NCBI GenBank assembly: GCA_014297435.1
Contig: JACOQA010000003.1
Span: 1-64,000, forward strand
Source of the DNA: Candidatus Nanohaloarchaea archaeon
Lineage (GTDB): Archaea; Nanohalarchaeota; Nanosalinia; Nanosalinales; Nanosalinaceae
Direction of reading: 5' to 3'
Length of the DNA stretch: 64,000 bases
In this document: positions 1 through 9,883 of the stretch, piece after piece
Position numbering within the stretch: the first letter of the stretch is position 1
Layout: each line of letters opens with the position of its first letter
The notes under the pieces: model-generated
Seen by the model: the letters and a program-made list of their open reading frames with translations, nothing else
The model's database searches: none
Told to the model about the DNA's origin: nothing
Program-made: the position numbers and the translations under genes

Positions 1-1713
1 TCACTCGCCATAACAGTTGCCTTTGTCTACAGTATGGCAGCTTTATTCCTGGATACGCAGTCCAGCTTTTTCTGGGAGCTTGTCACCTTGATTGACATTA
101 TGCTTCTCGGACACTGGATAGAGATGCGTAGCGTCCGTCAAGCTTCCGGAGCTTTAGATGAACTCGCCCAGTTAATGCCTGATAAAGCCGAGAGGATACT
201 AGAGGATGGTTCAACGGAAGAAGTCAGAGTCAGCGAACTAGAGAAGGGAGACAAGGTTCTAGTAAGACCAGGAAGTTCTGTCCCTGCGGACGGAGAAATA
301 GTTGAAGGCGGATCCTCTGTAGATGAATCCATGATTACAGGAGAGTCGAAACCTGTCGAAAAAGAGGTAGGCGACGAAATTATAGGAGGTACCGTCAACA
401 AAGAAGGAAGTCTAAGAATAAAGATAACGGCTACAGGCGATGAAACAGCTCTCTCAGGCATAATGAATCTTGTGGAGGAAGCCCAGGAAAGCCAGTCCAA
501 GACCCAGATGCTGGCAGATAAAGCCGCAGGCTGGCTATTCTACATCGCACTTGGCTCAGGGATGATAACTGCATTAGCCTGGACGGTTGCAGCAGGATTC
601 AACGTAACCGTGATAGAGAGAATAGTTACAGTTCTTGTTATAGCCTGTCCGCACGCACTTGGACTTGCCGTACCTTTAGTAGTCGCAATAAACACTTCGA
701 TGGCGGCAAAGAACGGAATACTGGTTCGTGATAGAATAGCGATGGAAAAGGCAAGAGAACTCGACACTATAATTTTCGACAAGACTGGGACGCTTACAAA
801 GGGAGAAATGGGCGTAACGGAGATAGAGACATCAAATATTTCTAAGGCTGAATCTCTCTCACTACTTGCTGCAGTTGAATCCGATTCCGAACACGTTGTA
901 GCGAAAGCCATCAGAAACTCAGCAGAACAGAGAGATCTCGAAGTACCGGAAGCGGAAGGTTTCAAAGCGATCAAAGGCAAAGGAGTTAAAGCCCAAGTAA
1001 AAGGAGAAACAATCTTTGTTGGCGGACCTAACCTAGCAGAATCAGAAGACTTCACAATAAATCAGGAACTTGAAACATTTGCAGAAGACGCAGCTAAAAA
1101 CGCAGAAACCGCAGTCTATCTTTTCCGGGAGGGAGAAGCTGTTGCCGCCGTAGGTCTTGCAGATGTCATCAGGCATAAAAGCAGGGAAGCAGTTGAGAAA
1201 CTTCACAGCATGGATGTCGAGGTTGCGATGCTGACAGGAGACTCTGAAGAAGTAGCGGAAGCAGTAGCAACGGAACTGGATATAGACACTTTCTTTGCAG
1301 AAGTCCTTCCTGAAGACAAAGACGAGAAAGTACAGGAGCTTCAGAACGAGAACAAAAAGGTGGCTATGGTTGGTGACGGAGTTAACGATGCACCAGCTCT
1401 GGCACGTGCGGATGTAGGGATCGCGATAGGTTCAGGAACTGACGTGGCTGTAGAGTCTGCTGACATCATACTGGTCCAGAACAATCCCTTGGATATTGTG
1501 AAGCTGTTGAACCTGAGTAAAGCCAGTTACAGCAAGATGAAGCAGAATCTTTTCTGGGCTACAGGATACAATGCCCTCGCACTACCATTGGCAGCAGGAG
1601 TCCTCGCACCAATCGGAATCCTGTTATCGCCCGCAGTAGGTGCAGTTATAATGTCGCTATCAACAGTAATAGTAGCTGTAAACGCCCAACTGCTCAAGAA
1701 TATCGAATTATAG
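1..1713 (+). CDS. copB: P1B-type heavy-metal (copper) translocating ATPase, CPH subtype; 5'-partial
   Basis: TGES, CPHALGL, DKTGTLT and [10 protein letters not shown] motifs; the frame is open from base 1 ([12 protein letters not shown]), so the true start lies upstream of the window. Confidence 0.93.
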   Translation, partial: SLAITVAFVYSMAALFLDTQSSFFWELVTLIDIMLLGHWIEMRSVRQASGALDELAQLMPDKAERILEDGSTEEVRVSELEKGDKVLVRPGSSVPADGEIVEGGSSVDESMITGESKPVEKEVGDEIIGGTVNKEGSLRIKITATGDETALSGIMNLVEEAQESQSKTQMLADKAAGWLFYIALGSGMITALAWTVAAGFNVTVIERIVTVLVIACPHALGLAVPLVVAINTSMAAKNGILVRDRIAMEKARELDTIIFDKTGTLTKGEMGVTEIETSNISKAESLSLLAAVESDSEHVVAKAIRNSAEQRDLEVPEAEGFKAIKGKGVKAQVKGETIFVGGPNLAESEDFTINQELETFAEDAAKNAETAVYLFREGEAVAAVGLADVIRHKSREAVEKLHSMDVEVAMLTGDSEEVAEAVATELDIDTFFAEVLPEDKDEKVQELQNENKKVAMVGDGVNDAPALARADVGIAIGSGTDVAVESADIILVQNNPLDIVKLLNLSKASYSKMKQNLFWATGYNALALPLAAGVLAPIGILLSPAVGAVIMSLSTVIVAVNAQLLKNIEL

Positions 1714-1758
1714 AGGAGAGGTATAAAGAAATATAATGAGAATAAGTCGGTTTAAGTG

Positions 1759-1795
1759 AAGGCAATATAGGCAGCTTCGCTACCTTAATAGCCTT
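1759..1795. terminator. imperfect hairpin between convergent copB and dehydrogenase genes
   Basis: AAGGCAATATAGGCAGC-TTC-GCTACCTTAATAGCCTT, 13 of 17 arm positions complementary. Confidence 0.3.
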
Positions 1796-1824
1796 CTCAC
1801 CGCCTTTCCTTCAGAGATCTCTCA

Positions 1825-2874
1825 TTATTCCTCGCCTACTTTCACCATTACTTTGATTGCCTCTCTGTTGTCCATTGCGTCGTAGCCTTCCGGAATTCCT
1901 TCAAGATCTACAACTTTATTCAGGACCGGTGAAGGATCAAGTGTTCCCTGCAGAACATCTTCCATCAGTTCTTCGAGATAGTTTCTGACAGGTGCGGGAC
2001 CTCCTTCAAACCTTACATTCTTGAAGAACATCTGGTTGACAAAGTCAGCGGACTCAAGGTGTGGAACACCTACGTAACCAATATTTCCGCCAGGTCTTAC
2101 AATCTGGGCTGCTGTGTTCAGAGCGGACTCAGCTCCAACACATTCCAGAACATGGTTTGCTCCTCCATTTGTAAGTTCCATCACTTCTTCCACTGCTTCT
2201 TCTCCCTTTGAAGAAACTACATCAGTTGCGCCCATTTCCTTAGCTACCTCGAGTCTGTCCTCGTGGTGACCTACTGCTATAATTCTTTCTGCTCCCAGCC
2301 TTTTGGATGCGGCTACAGCACAGAGACCTACTGCTCCATCTCCGATAACAACAGCTGTATCACCTTCTTCTACGTTGGCACAGACTGCTGCGTGATGTCC
2401 TGTCCCCATCACATCTGTGAGTGGAAGTAGTTTCTTCAGGACTTCTTCGTTGTCCTCATATCTTTCTGGGACTTTAACGAGAGTGCCGTCTGCCTGAGGG
2501 ATTCGAAGTTTTTCTGCCTGTGCGCCCCCTAATGTTCCGTTTGGACTGTAGAATTCGGATTTCTTACAGGAAGTATAGATTCCTTTACGGCAGAACTCAC
2601 ACTCTCCACAACTGGTTGAGAACGGCGAAATGACTCGATCACCTTCCTCCAGAGAGGTTACATCCTCTCCGACTTCTTCCACAATACCCATCGGCTCATG
2701 TCCTGTCTGGGAACCTTCCTCCGGGTCATCATACTCTCTGTAATACCAGAGATCCGATCCACAGATACATGTATGCGTTACACGGATAACGACATCTTCA
2801 GGATTTTCGATTTCAGGATCTTCAATATCTTCAACTCTAATATCGCCTTCGCCGTAATAAACTGCTGACTTCAT
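1825..2874 (-). CDS. zinc-dependent (MDR family) alcohol/aldehyde dehydrogenase
   Basis: CGSD, GHE, structural Zn CxxCxxCx7C, LTDVMGTG, GDGAVG Rossmann motif. Confidence 0.92.
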   Translation of the reverse strand: MKSAVYYGEGDIRVEDIEDPEIENPEDVVIRVTHTCICGSDLWYYREYDDPEEGSQTGHEPMGIVEEVGEDVTSLEEGDRVISPFSTSCGECEFCRKGIYTSCKKSEFYSPNGTLGGAQAEKLRIPQADGTLVKVPERYEDNEEVLKKLLPLTDVMGTGHHAAVCANVEEGDTAVVIGDGAVGLCAVAASKRLGAERIIAVGHHEDRLEVAKEMGATDVVSSKGEEAVEEVMELTNGGANHVLECVGAESALNTAAQIVRPGGNIGYVGVPHLESADFVNQMFFKNVRFEGGPAPVRNYLEELMEDVLQGTLDPSPVLNKVVDLEGIPEGYDAMDNREAIKVMVKVGEE

Positions 2875-3045
2875 AGAATAATGAATTTTTTCTCAAAATG
2901 TTAAAGCTATCGAAACAAACCGCATTTAGAAAAATATTCACAGCATAGCCCCTTTCTGAGTCTTGAAGGATTACTTCAACATCTCACACTGAGATTACGG
3001 TGAAAACCCCGAGAGGTATAATATCTGTTCGAGCAGACAAATTTT

Positions 3046-4049
3046 TTAGTTTCTACTGTGAAGATTGTCTAAAATTTCTCTTGTTCTGTTCTTGATTACT
3101 TCTTCAGTGTTCGGACTTTTCTCGGAATGAAAAGCCATTTCCAGAACCATAGGATATAGAAGATATAACCATCTTCTCTCCTCCCAACCATCTTCCAGCT
3201 CCCTTACATTCTCATACCCTTTATACAGCTCTCTCCTGTATTTTTCCCATACACTGTCTGTGCTGAAGCTGTGTGCTATCATTCTTCCTTCTGTTGTCAC
3301 CAGGTCAAATTCTCCGTGTCCAGCTACACAAGCCTCCCAGTCCAGAATCGCTGCAAGCTCGCCATCTTCAACAAGTATATTCTTCGTATCAACCTCCCTG
3401 TGAACCAAGACAGGTGTTTCAACATCTTCTATCAGGTTAAGATTGTTTCCAACGGCTTCCGTTATTTCAGAAACCAACTCATCGAACTGCCCTCCTTCAA
3501 CTTGGTCAATCCAGAATAAAATCATATTCCTGAATAACTTAGACCAACCATCAACTTTCTCAACTGTCAATTTCTCATTTTCAACTCTAACCTCTCCGAA
3601 ATCCTCGAACTGTATCTGATGGAGTTTTGAGATATTTTCTCCCACTTGATGCAAAATCCGTTTCTTCTTGTTTTCTCCTAAATTTCTAAATGCGGGTTTA
3701 GAAGAGCTTTCTGCAGGAGCGTAGCCTTTCATCTTTCGCAGTATGTGATAGTATTCGGGTATGGTAGACTTCGAAGTATCTCTTGCAACACATTCGGGAA
3801 CAGGAATGTCAGATTTCTGATAAATTAAATCCAGCACATAAGGCTCAGTTTCAAAGCGAGCATACCAGTCTTGGTTCTGCTTCTCAACTAAGTCAGCTAA
3901 ACCGTTATTTTCAATACAAAGCTCTCTTCTTCAAAATCTATAAAGAAGGTGTCGTGTGCAAAACCTCCTTCTGCAGGGTAAATATCTACATTTTCTCTAT
4001 TTGGAAACTTCTTCTTTGCAACTTTTTCAGCCATTTCCAAGGATTCCAT
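3046..4049 (-). pseudogene. aminoglycoside/choline phosphotransferase (APH) family protein with a frameshift near 3906
   Basis: C-terminal ORF has LVHREVDTKNILV and ILDWE motifs. The N-lobe (MESLEMAEK...EGGFAHDTFFIDFEEESFVLKI) starts at ATG 4049 in another frame; adding one A at TTGAAAATA^ACGGT restores a continuous frame. Confidence 0.75.
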
Positions 4050-4133
4050 AGACGTTAGTTTCTGTTGCAAAAATAAAAATTGAAAGTTAGGATTAGAAAG
4101 CCCATACCGGGCTCTTGAAGCTATCCTTTATAA

Positions 4134-4208
4134 AGCCCCCGGAGGGATTTGAACCCTCGGCCTGCCCCTTACAAGGGGGCCGCTCTAGCCAGACTGAGCC
4201 ACGGAGGC
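4134..4208 (-). tRNA. tRNA-Thr(TGT)
   Basis: GCCTCCG acceptor, GCCCC-CTTGTAA-GGGGC anticodon arm, GGTTCAAATCC T arm. Confidence 0.95.
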
Positions 4209-4266
4209 ATTTCTCTGTATAAAATGATAGGCTGCCTAAACAGTTAAATAAAGGGATGCCGACTCC

Positions 4267-4725
4267 TCAGAAAAGAGACGAGATAAAACCTATTATACCT
4301 GAAAGTAACCCCTTAGGGTTTCCTTCGTCATTTTCTTCTGCTGTCTGGTTTCCAGTAGCAATTGATTCGGAATCATTCAAAGATACTTCACGGACAGTCC
4401 CTCCGTATTTCTCGGGGCTGATCTCGATTTCACCGTAAATTTCTGCGTCAGGATCTTCACATACCCAGGTATCTCTTCCGGAAGCCCTCATGAAGTTTCC
4501 ATCTTTCTCGTTACATGCTTCTCTAGGTGTTTTCTCCCAGCACTGGTCGCTGAACTTTTCTGCTTCTGCAGGACAGCTACAGCTCGAGTTAACTACCTCT
4601 CCGCCAGAGTTTTTGCATTCGGATTTCCAGGTTGTAAGCTCTCCCTCGTATTTTTGGAGCTGTGCGCCGGAAAAACTGGCTAAAAACAGCAAATAGAAAG
4701 CTAAAACTATCAAGGAATTCTTCAT
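4267..4725 (-). CDS. secreted Cys-containing hypothetical protein
   Basis: signal peptide MKNSLIVLAFYLLFLASFSGA; two CxxxxG-type repeats; amphipathic C-terminus GLLSGIIGFISSLF. Confidence 0.7.
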   Translation of the reverse strand: MKNSLIVLAFYLLFLASFSGAQLQKYEGELTTWKSECKNSGGEVVNSSCSCPAEAEKFSDQCWEKTPREACNEKDGNFMRASGRDTWVCEDPDAEIYGEIEISPEKYGGTVREVSLNDSESIATGNQTAEENDEGNPKGLLSGIIGFISSLF

Positions 4726-4819
4726 AACGTTAGGATCGTTCTCCACTATTTTCAAGCTTTTCGGAACCCTGATTTTTTAGCCGAAAATGTTTTCAAAATC
4801 TTTGAAACCTTTCTATACC

Positions 4820-5668
4820 ATGGATAAGGCGGTGGTCGGCGGCCTGATCTTTGTATTCCTGATATTTCTGCTTCCTGTACTCTTGGTTTGGCAACCTGAC
4901 CTAGAGTCAGATAGACCTCAAGATACCGGAACCGAGCCGGTTCTACCCGGTGAAATCAGGAAGGCTTCGAACCAGGATGTAAGGATTACTTCTATGCAGT
5001 GGGTCAAGGTCCCTGCTGACTTCGAGACAGCTAACCTTGAAAGAAACACGAACTGGGCGGGGGAGAGACTTCTGGACAACAACTCCCGGTTAAACGTTAC
5101 GGTAAAGAATACGGGAGAACAATCTTTGGATCCTTACGGCGTTGAACCTGTCGATCAGGGCGAGTCATTTACCATTAGCTTTGTTAATGCAGGTCCCAGC
5201 GACGATCTTTTCGTTGATTATCAGGGCGGCGAGGAAAATAATCTGGAGTTTGAAGCCCCTGAGTTCAGGAAGAATCCGGGCGGTATTTCTTATACTGAGG
5301 GCTTTGTTAGAGTGCCCGTGCCGTGTGATTCGGACGGAGACCAAGACGAACAGGAGTATCATACTATGGTGGACGTGGATCTGGAAAGCTCTACAGGTAT
5401 TAAAACCAAGTTGGAAGGTTCCGGAAGTATTGATAACTCCGAGTTCAGTCTTTCGGCAGAAGTTATTTCGGCAAAGAGTGAGACCGAACACGTGCCAAGT
5501 CGGGGCGAGTTCACTGTCCAAGTGGCTTTAGACACGGTGTGTAAGAATGTTGATATGGGTGTGAGACGTGCTAACTTGAGTATGGATCTTGAGTACGCTG
5601 ACGGTGCTTATACGGATGTAAGAGTTCCTTTGGAGATTGGTTTTGGCGATATATTCTACGACTACTAG
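4820..5668 (+). CDS. N-terminally anchored extracellular hypothetical protein
   Basis: N-terminal TM helix followed by a beta-rich acidic domain (VTVKNTG). Confidence 0.75.
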   Translation: MDKAVVGGLIFVFLIFLLPVLLVWQPDLESDRPQDTGTEPVLPGEIRKASNQDVRITSMQWVKVPADFETANLERNTNWAGERLLDNNSRLNVTVKNTGEQSLDPYGVEPVDQGESFTISFVNAGPSDDLFVDYQGGEENNLEFEAPEFRKNPGGISYTEGFVRVPVPCDSDGDQDEQEYHTMVDVDLESSTGIKTKLEGSGSIDNSEFSLSAEVISAKSETEHVPSRGEFTVQVALDTVCKNVDMGVRRANLSMDLEYADGAYTDVRVPLEIGFGDIFYDY

Positions 5669-5751
5669 CGGAACTTCCGGAACACCTCCTCGCTCGTTTT
5701 TAAACCGAGTGGAGTTGATTCTACGGTAAGGGGAGAGGGGGGATATACTAA

Positions 5752-5856
5752 ATGATCTGCTGCGAGCCGAAATGCCTTGAATACGCTAAAAGCAACAAAA
5801 TCTTCTGCGAACAACACTCAGAGGAAGAAACAGGGAAAGCTGTGGAGGTGGTATAA
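5752..5856 (+). CDS. 34-aa putative zinc-binding micro-protein (not in ORF track)
   Basis: MICCEPKCLEYAKSNKIFCEQHSEEETGKAVEVV*; purine-rich SD-like stretch and TTTTTAAA box upstream. Confidence 0.6.
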   Translation: MICCEPKCLEYAKSNKIFCEQHSEEETGKAVEVV

Positions 5857-5894
5857 CCTGAGAGTTAAGAGGTTCCGGACATAATTGACTGTCC

Positions 5895-6665
5895 ATGGGC
5901 GAAAAGGAGGAGGAAGACTACCTCAGTGAGGGCAGGAAACACTTCGAGAAAGGAACAGAAGCCCTTCTAAAACACGGTATAGAGAAGAGTAAGAAGCAGA
6001 GGAAGAAGATAGACTACTACAGGCAGAACAGGAATGAACTCGTGAAAGCCATCTCCTCCATAGAGGCGAAAGAGCCTGCTGTCGCCGGAACTATTGTTGT
6101 CGCGCCTATACTGATTACTTTGCTTGTTGTGGACTGGCTTTTTTCCAAGATCGCCGAGATACCCGGCAACACCTACTTCGATATAACCAACTATTACTAC
6201 GTAAACCAGAGCTTCAAGCTCGGAATACTGCTTGTGTTTGGCGCAGTTCTTGTTACAGGCGTTGGAAGAGCTGTGAGAACTAGTAAAGGTTTCGAGACCG
6301 AAAAAATGGTTGACTCGGTTTTCGAGAAAATTCCTTTCCTCGGATCAGTCTACAATATTTCAAAGATTACTTTCGACACCGTTTTGAGTGGTGCAGAAGA
6401 GTTCAGGGAACCGGTTAAAATCGATTTAAACGGTTTAAGGGTTACCGGTTTCAAGACCGGTAACAAGACTGAGGATGACAGGAACGTGGTTTTTGTTCCT
6501 ACCGCTCCAAACATTACCTCCGGTTTTGTCGTAGAGCTTGACGAGGAAAGATTCAGCGAATCGGATGAGAACGCTGAACAGGCACTGACAAGGATTCTGA
6601 GCGCCGGTTTCGGTGAGCCCGATAAAGAAAAACCTCAGAGGAATAGAAAAGAAAAGGAAAACTAG
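5895..6665 (+). CDS. DUF502 family membrane protein
   Basis: two TM helices, KIPFLGSVY and VFVPTAPNITSGF motifs. Confidence 0.88.
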   Translation: MGEKEEEDYLSEGRKHFEKGTEALLKHGIEKSKKQRKKIDYYRQNRNELVKAISSIEAKEPAVAGTIVVAPILITLLVVDWLFSKIAEIPGNTYFDITNYYYVNQSFKLGILLVFGAVLVTGVGRAVRTSKGFETEKMVDSVFEKIPFLGSVYNISKITFDTVLSGAEEFREPVKIDLNGLRVTGFKTGNKTEDDRNVVFVPTAPNITSGFVVELDEERFSESDENAEQALTRILSAGFGEPDKEKPQRNRKEKEN

Positions 6666-6780
6666 AGCTGGTTGAAAGCTCTCTGAACCACTTCATTCAA
6701 AGCCGGATGGATATGAACCATGTCCTGCAAATCTTCAAGCGCCCTGGACCGCCGTTTAAAACGATTACACCATGCTCTTC
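6662..6780 (-). pseudogene. C-terminal remnant of a dihydrolipoamide dehydrogenase-like flavoprotein disulfide reductase
   Basis: reads LEDLQDMVHIHPALNEVVQRAFNQL* (HPxxxE catalytic dyad); frameshifted and truncated upstream. Confidence 0.65.
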
Positions 6781-6824
6781 CACAACAAAGGGCTGTTGAA
6801 ACGGTTAGAACATGAAGTCTCCAT

Positions 6825-7892
6825 CTAACGGAATAAGCTGAGAAGCTTAAGCTTCAACTTTTTCTTCCTCAAAATGTAATAGTATCTTATCCTTACCAGG
6901 TCTTTGAGTTTTCTGAACCATTTTGATCTGTACGCCTTTTCCCCGTACTCCAGCATTCCGTCTTCGCCCATAGAAATGAGTATTGCCGGGAACTTTTCCT
7001 CGAACCCTTCCAGGTTCTCTGCCTCACCTTTCTCAATGTTTTTAGCTATGGTTTCTGCCTGGTTCATAGCGTTGTGAGCCGTCTTCATCACATCGAGATC
7101 GGCACAGTCCCCCGCAGCGAAGACGTTCGAATATTTCTGGGAACAAAGCCCTTTGTTGACTTCTAACCCGTTTTTAACTGTTTCAAAGTCTCTCTGAACA
7201 AGTTTCGATGCCTGTATACCTGTTGTCCAGATTACTATATCGGCTTCTACTTTTCCGCCGTTCTCAAGAATGGCAGAATGTCGTTCAACAGTTTCAACGT
7301 TTTTGTCTCCTCGGAAAACAATATCGTTTTCGTTCATGTAGTCTAGGGCTATTTCCGAAGCACCTATATTAGCGTTTACCATAGGTCTTGTCGCTACATC
7401 AAGCACCTCGACCTCCAAGCCTTTTTCTCTGAGTTCGGAAGCCACTTCAAGACCTACATAACCTGAGCCGATTACTAGTGCGGATTCTGATTCTTCCAGT
7501 CTTTGGTCGATCCTTTTTGCATCGGACAATCTGTAACATGTCTCAACCTTTCCTATGTCTGTTCCGAAGGTGTTCGGTTCTCCGCCTAAACCTAGTACGA
7601 GGTAGTCGTAGTTGTAGGCGCTTGAGTCGGTTTCGACCCTGTCCTCTTCCGGGATAAACCCGGTTACCTTCTCATCTGAAAACTTTACAGAAGTGTCTTC
7701 CAAGAACTCTTCCAGGTTTAATTCTAGTTTCTGGCTTGAGACTCGATCGCGGAAGATGTCTATTAGTCCGGGGGTGTATTCATGTTGTTTTTCCTTGTCG
7801 AGAAGCTCTACTTCGTATCCTTTTGCGGCTAGTTTCAGTGCTGCGTTGAGTCCAAAGAATCCTGCACCCGTGATTACTACTTTCTCCGGCAT
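6825..7892 (-). CDS. NAD(P)/FAD-dependent oxidoreductase (type II NADH dehydrogenase/SQR-like)
   Basis: GAGFFG, YDYLVLGLG, GSGYVGLE and NVFAAGD motifs. Confidence 0.88.
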   Translation of the reverse strand: MPEKVVITGAGFFGLNAALKLAAKGYEVELLDKEKQHEYTPGLIDIFRDRVSSQKLELNLEEFLEDTSVKFSDEKVTGFIPEEDRVETDSSAYNYDYLVLGLGGEPNTFGTDIGKVETCYRLSDAKRIDQRLEESESALVIGSGYVGLEVASELREKGLEVEVLDVATRPMVNANIGASEIALDYMNENDIVFRGDKNVETVERHSAILENGGKVEADIVIWTTGIQASKLVQRDFETVKNGLEVNKGLCSQKYSNVFAAGDCADLDVMKTAHNAMNQAETIAKNIEKGEAENLEGFEEKFPAILISMGEDGMLEYGEKAYRSKWFRKLKDLVRIRYYYILRKKKLKLKLLSLFR

Positions 7893-8006
7893 CAACAGAG
7901 TTTTCGTTGAGTTGGGTTAAAAAATATCTGCCTCTATGGATTGGTTTAAAAGACTTGGAGAAAACCTGTTTCTATACGTACTCGAAAGCAGTTTTTGTTT
8001 CAGTTT

Positions 8007-8079
8007 GGCGGGATGGTGTAGTGGACTATCATCGGACCTTTGGGAGGTCTGGACCCCGGTTCAAATCCGGGTCCTGCCA
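8007..8079 (+). tRNA. tRNA-Pro(TGG)
   Basis: GGCGGGA/TCCTGCC acceptor, GGACC-TTTGGGA-GGTCT anticodon arm, GGTTCAAATCC. Confidence 0.93.
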
Positions 8080-8399
8080 TTCTACTAATGATTCAAAGGC
8101 ACCAAAAGATACACGGTGTATAATAAACAAAGTTCTCAGGAATACTTGCCAGTTTTCATAGAACAGATTTCGATTGCAGACCGTCTTTTTTGACCACTAT
8201 CAAGTAGACTTCTATTGGTTTGTGAGGATTACGTACTTTAAGATACGCTCACCTTTTTTAGATGGTTGAATAGTTGAAGTTCACCCTGTGAGATCATTAT
8301 TAGAAATGAAAGGAGAAGTTAAGAGGCGGTAAATAACGTGAAAACTCCGGATACGTGCAAAGAAGTGGTAAAAAAGTAAAAATACCTTAAAACTTATTC

Positions 8400-8672
8400 T
8401 TATTCCTCTGTCAGGATATTTTTGATCCATGCCGCCTGCTTGCTTCCAAGTCCCTCGCCATGATCAGCCATTCCGTGCACGTATCCTAGGAATCCCCCTA
8501 TAAGAATTCCGACTGCCGCACCCTCCCCACCGGAGGCTGCGCCACCTATGGCTCCCCCCGCAGTTCCGTACTCCGCCATCAGTACAGGTTCGGCATATAC
8601 CGACGGCTCGGTTAATGGGTTTGTGTAAGTATCCGATTCATCTTGATTATAATCGTGGTTGCCTGCACTCAC
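8400..8672 (-). CDS. small glycine-zipper membrane protein
   Basis: GTAGGAIGGAASGGEGAAVGILIGGFLG; GTG start. Confidence 0.65.
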   Translation of the reverse strand: MSAGNHDYNQDESDTYTNPLTEPSVYAEPVLMAEYGTAGGAIGGAASGGEGAAVGILIGGFLGYVHGMADHGEGLGSKQAAWIKNILTEE

Positions 8673-8837
8673 ATTATGTAGTTATTCAGCAGTACTTAAA
8701 ATAATTTTTGCCGGCCAAGGATCTAAGTTTTAAAGGAGTTTAGATACCGACACCCCCACAACACCATAAAAATATACTTAATAACTATATCGCCATCTAT
8801 CACCATGAATTATAATTCTATACATTCAAATTAATTT

Positions 8838-9815
8838 ATGGCGTCTAAACAGTTCATGGATCTTGATTCAGATCCTGTAAACGAATTCTGGAACTTTATA
8901 GCAGAAAGACAGTCCATATGGCACAAACGAGTAATAGAACAACAGGACTACCCCTGGACCGATAATGAAATACTCAAAAATTACAGATTTACCAACGTCT
9001 ACCGAGAATTGGACCCAGGAACCCAGTACGCTATACAGAACATAATGATTAGAGATGAATCTAGAAAAGACAGAACATTCAACATCATGATATACCGCTT
9101 GCTCGGTAGAAAGGAAACTCACGAACGACTAGACTTCCGGAGTTCGGAGGATTTTGATCCTGAAGGCTTCGAGAGAGTATTGAAGAAACGGCGCGAGTCA
9201 GGAAAGCCTGTTTTTACCGGGGCTTACATGGTAAGCGGTTACAGCCAGTTTGATTCATCCGACAAAGTCGAAAATATTTCGGAGATCTTTAAAAGAATCT
9301 CCCAAGATTTCGATGAGACGTTTGAGACAATTGATTCCGCGCAAAGCCCCCAAGAAGTCTACAACATAATTAATTCGCTTCCAGGCTTCGGCAACTTCCT
9401 TTCCTACCAGGTATTAGTCGACCTACTTTACGATCTAGGCGAAGAACCTTCAGTCATAGAGTTCAACCATAACGAGTGGGCTAAGCCCGGACCGGGTGCG
9501 AAGAAAGGTCTCAAAGTTCTCGCAGAGAATCCGGGACCTGATGAACGTTTGGAGATTATGAGATGGCTTACAGAGAACCAAGAGTCCGAGTTTAGAGATA
9601 GAGGGATCGATTTCAACTACCTAAAAGATACCGAAGGACGTAGAAGGTTGCTTTCGCTGGCTGATATCCAGAACTGTCTCTGTGAGTTCTACAAGTTCCA
9701 CAAGATCAAGAACGACAAGGGACGGGCGAGAAGGAAGTTCAGGTCTTCCAACTCCAGAGGCAACTCCAACCTGAGAAAGATCTACAAAGAGGCGCCTAAA
9801 ATAAGTCTGAAATAG
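8838..9815 (+). CDS. putative DNA base-hypermodification protein, aGPT-Pplase1-like (HhH-related helical fold)
   Basis: ERQ...PWTDNEILKNYRFTNVYRELD, FTGAYM, PGFGNFLSYQVLVDL, PGPGAKKGL and DIQNCLCEFYK match the family pattern as recalled. Confidence 0.8.
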   Translation: MASKQFMDLDSDPVNEFWNFIAERQSIWHKRVIEQQDYPWTDNEILKNYRFTNVYRELDPGTQYAIQNIMIRDESRKDRTFNIMIYRLLGRKETHERLDFRSSEDFDPEGFERVLKKRRESGKPVFTGAYMVSGYSQFDSSDKVENISEIFKRISQDFDETFETIDSAQSPQEVYNIINSLPGFGNFLSYQVLVDLLYDLGEEPSVIEFNHNEWAKPGPGAKKGLKVLAENPGPDERLEIMRWLTENQESEFRDRGIDFNYLKDTEGRRRLLSLADIQNCLCEFYKFHKIKNDKGRARRKFRSSNSRGNSNLRKIYKEAPKISLK

Positions 9816-9883
9816 GTACCTGATCCGTCCAGTTGTCCCGAGTCCTGTTGAGATTAAAAAACTAGAACTCTTAGAGTTCTTTC

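Noticed and set aside
7907-8161. 84-aa ORF
   Set aside because: Spans tRNA-Pro; not protein-like
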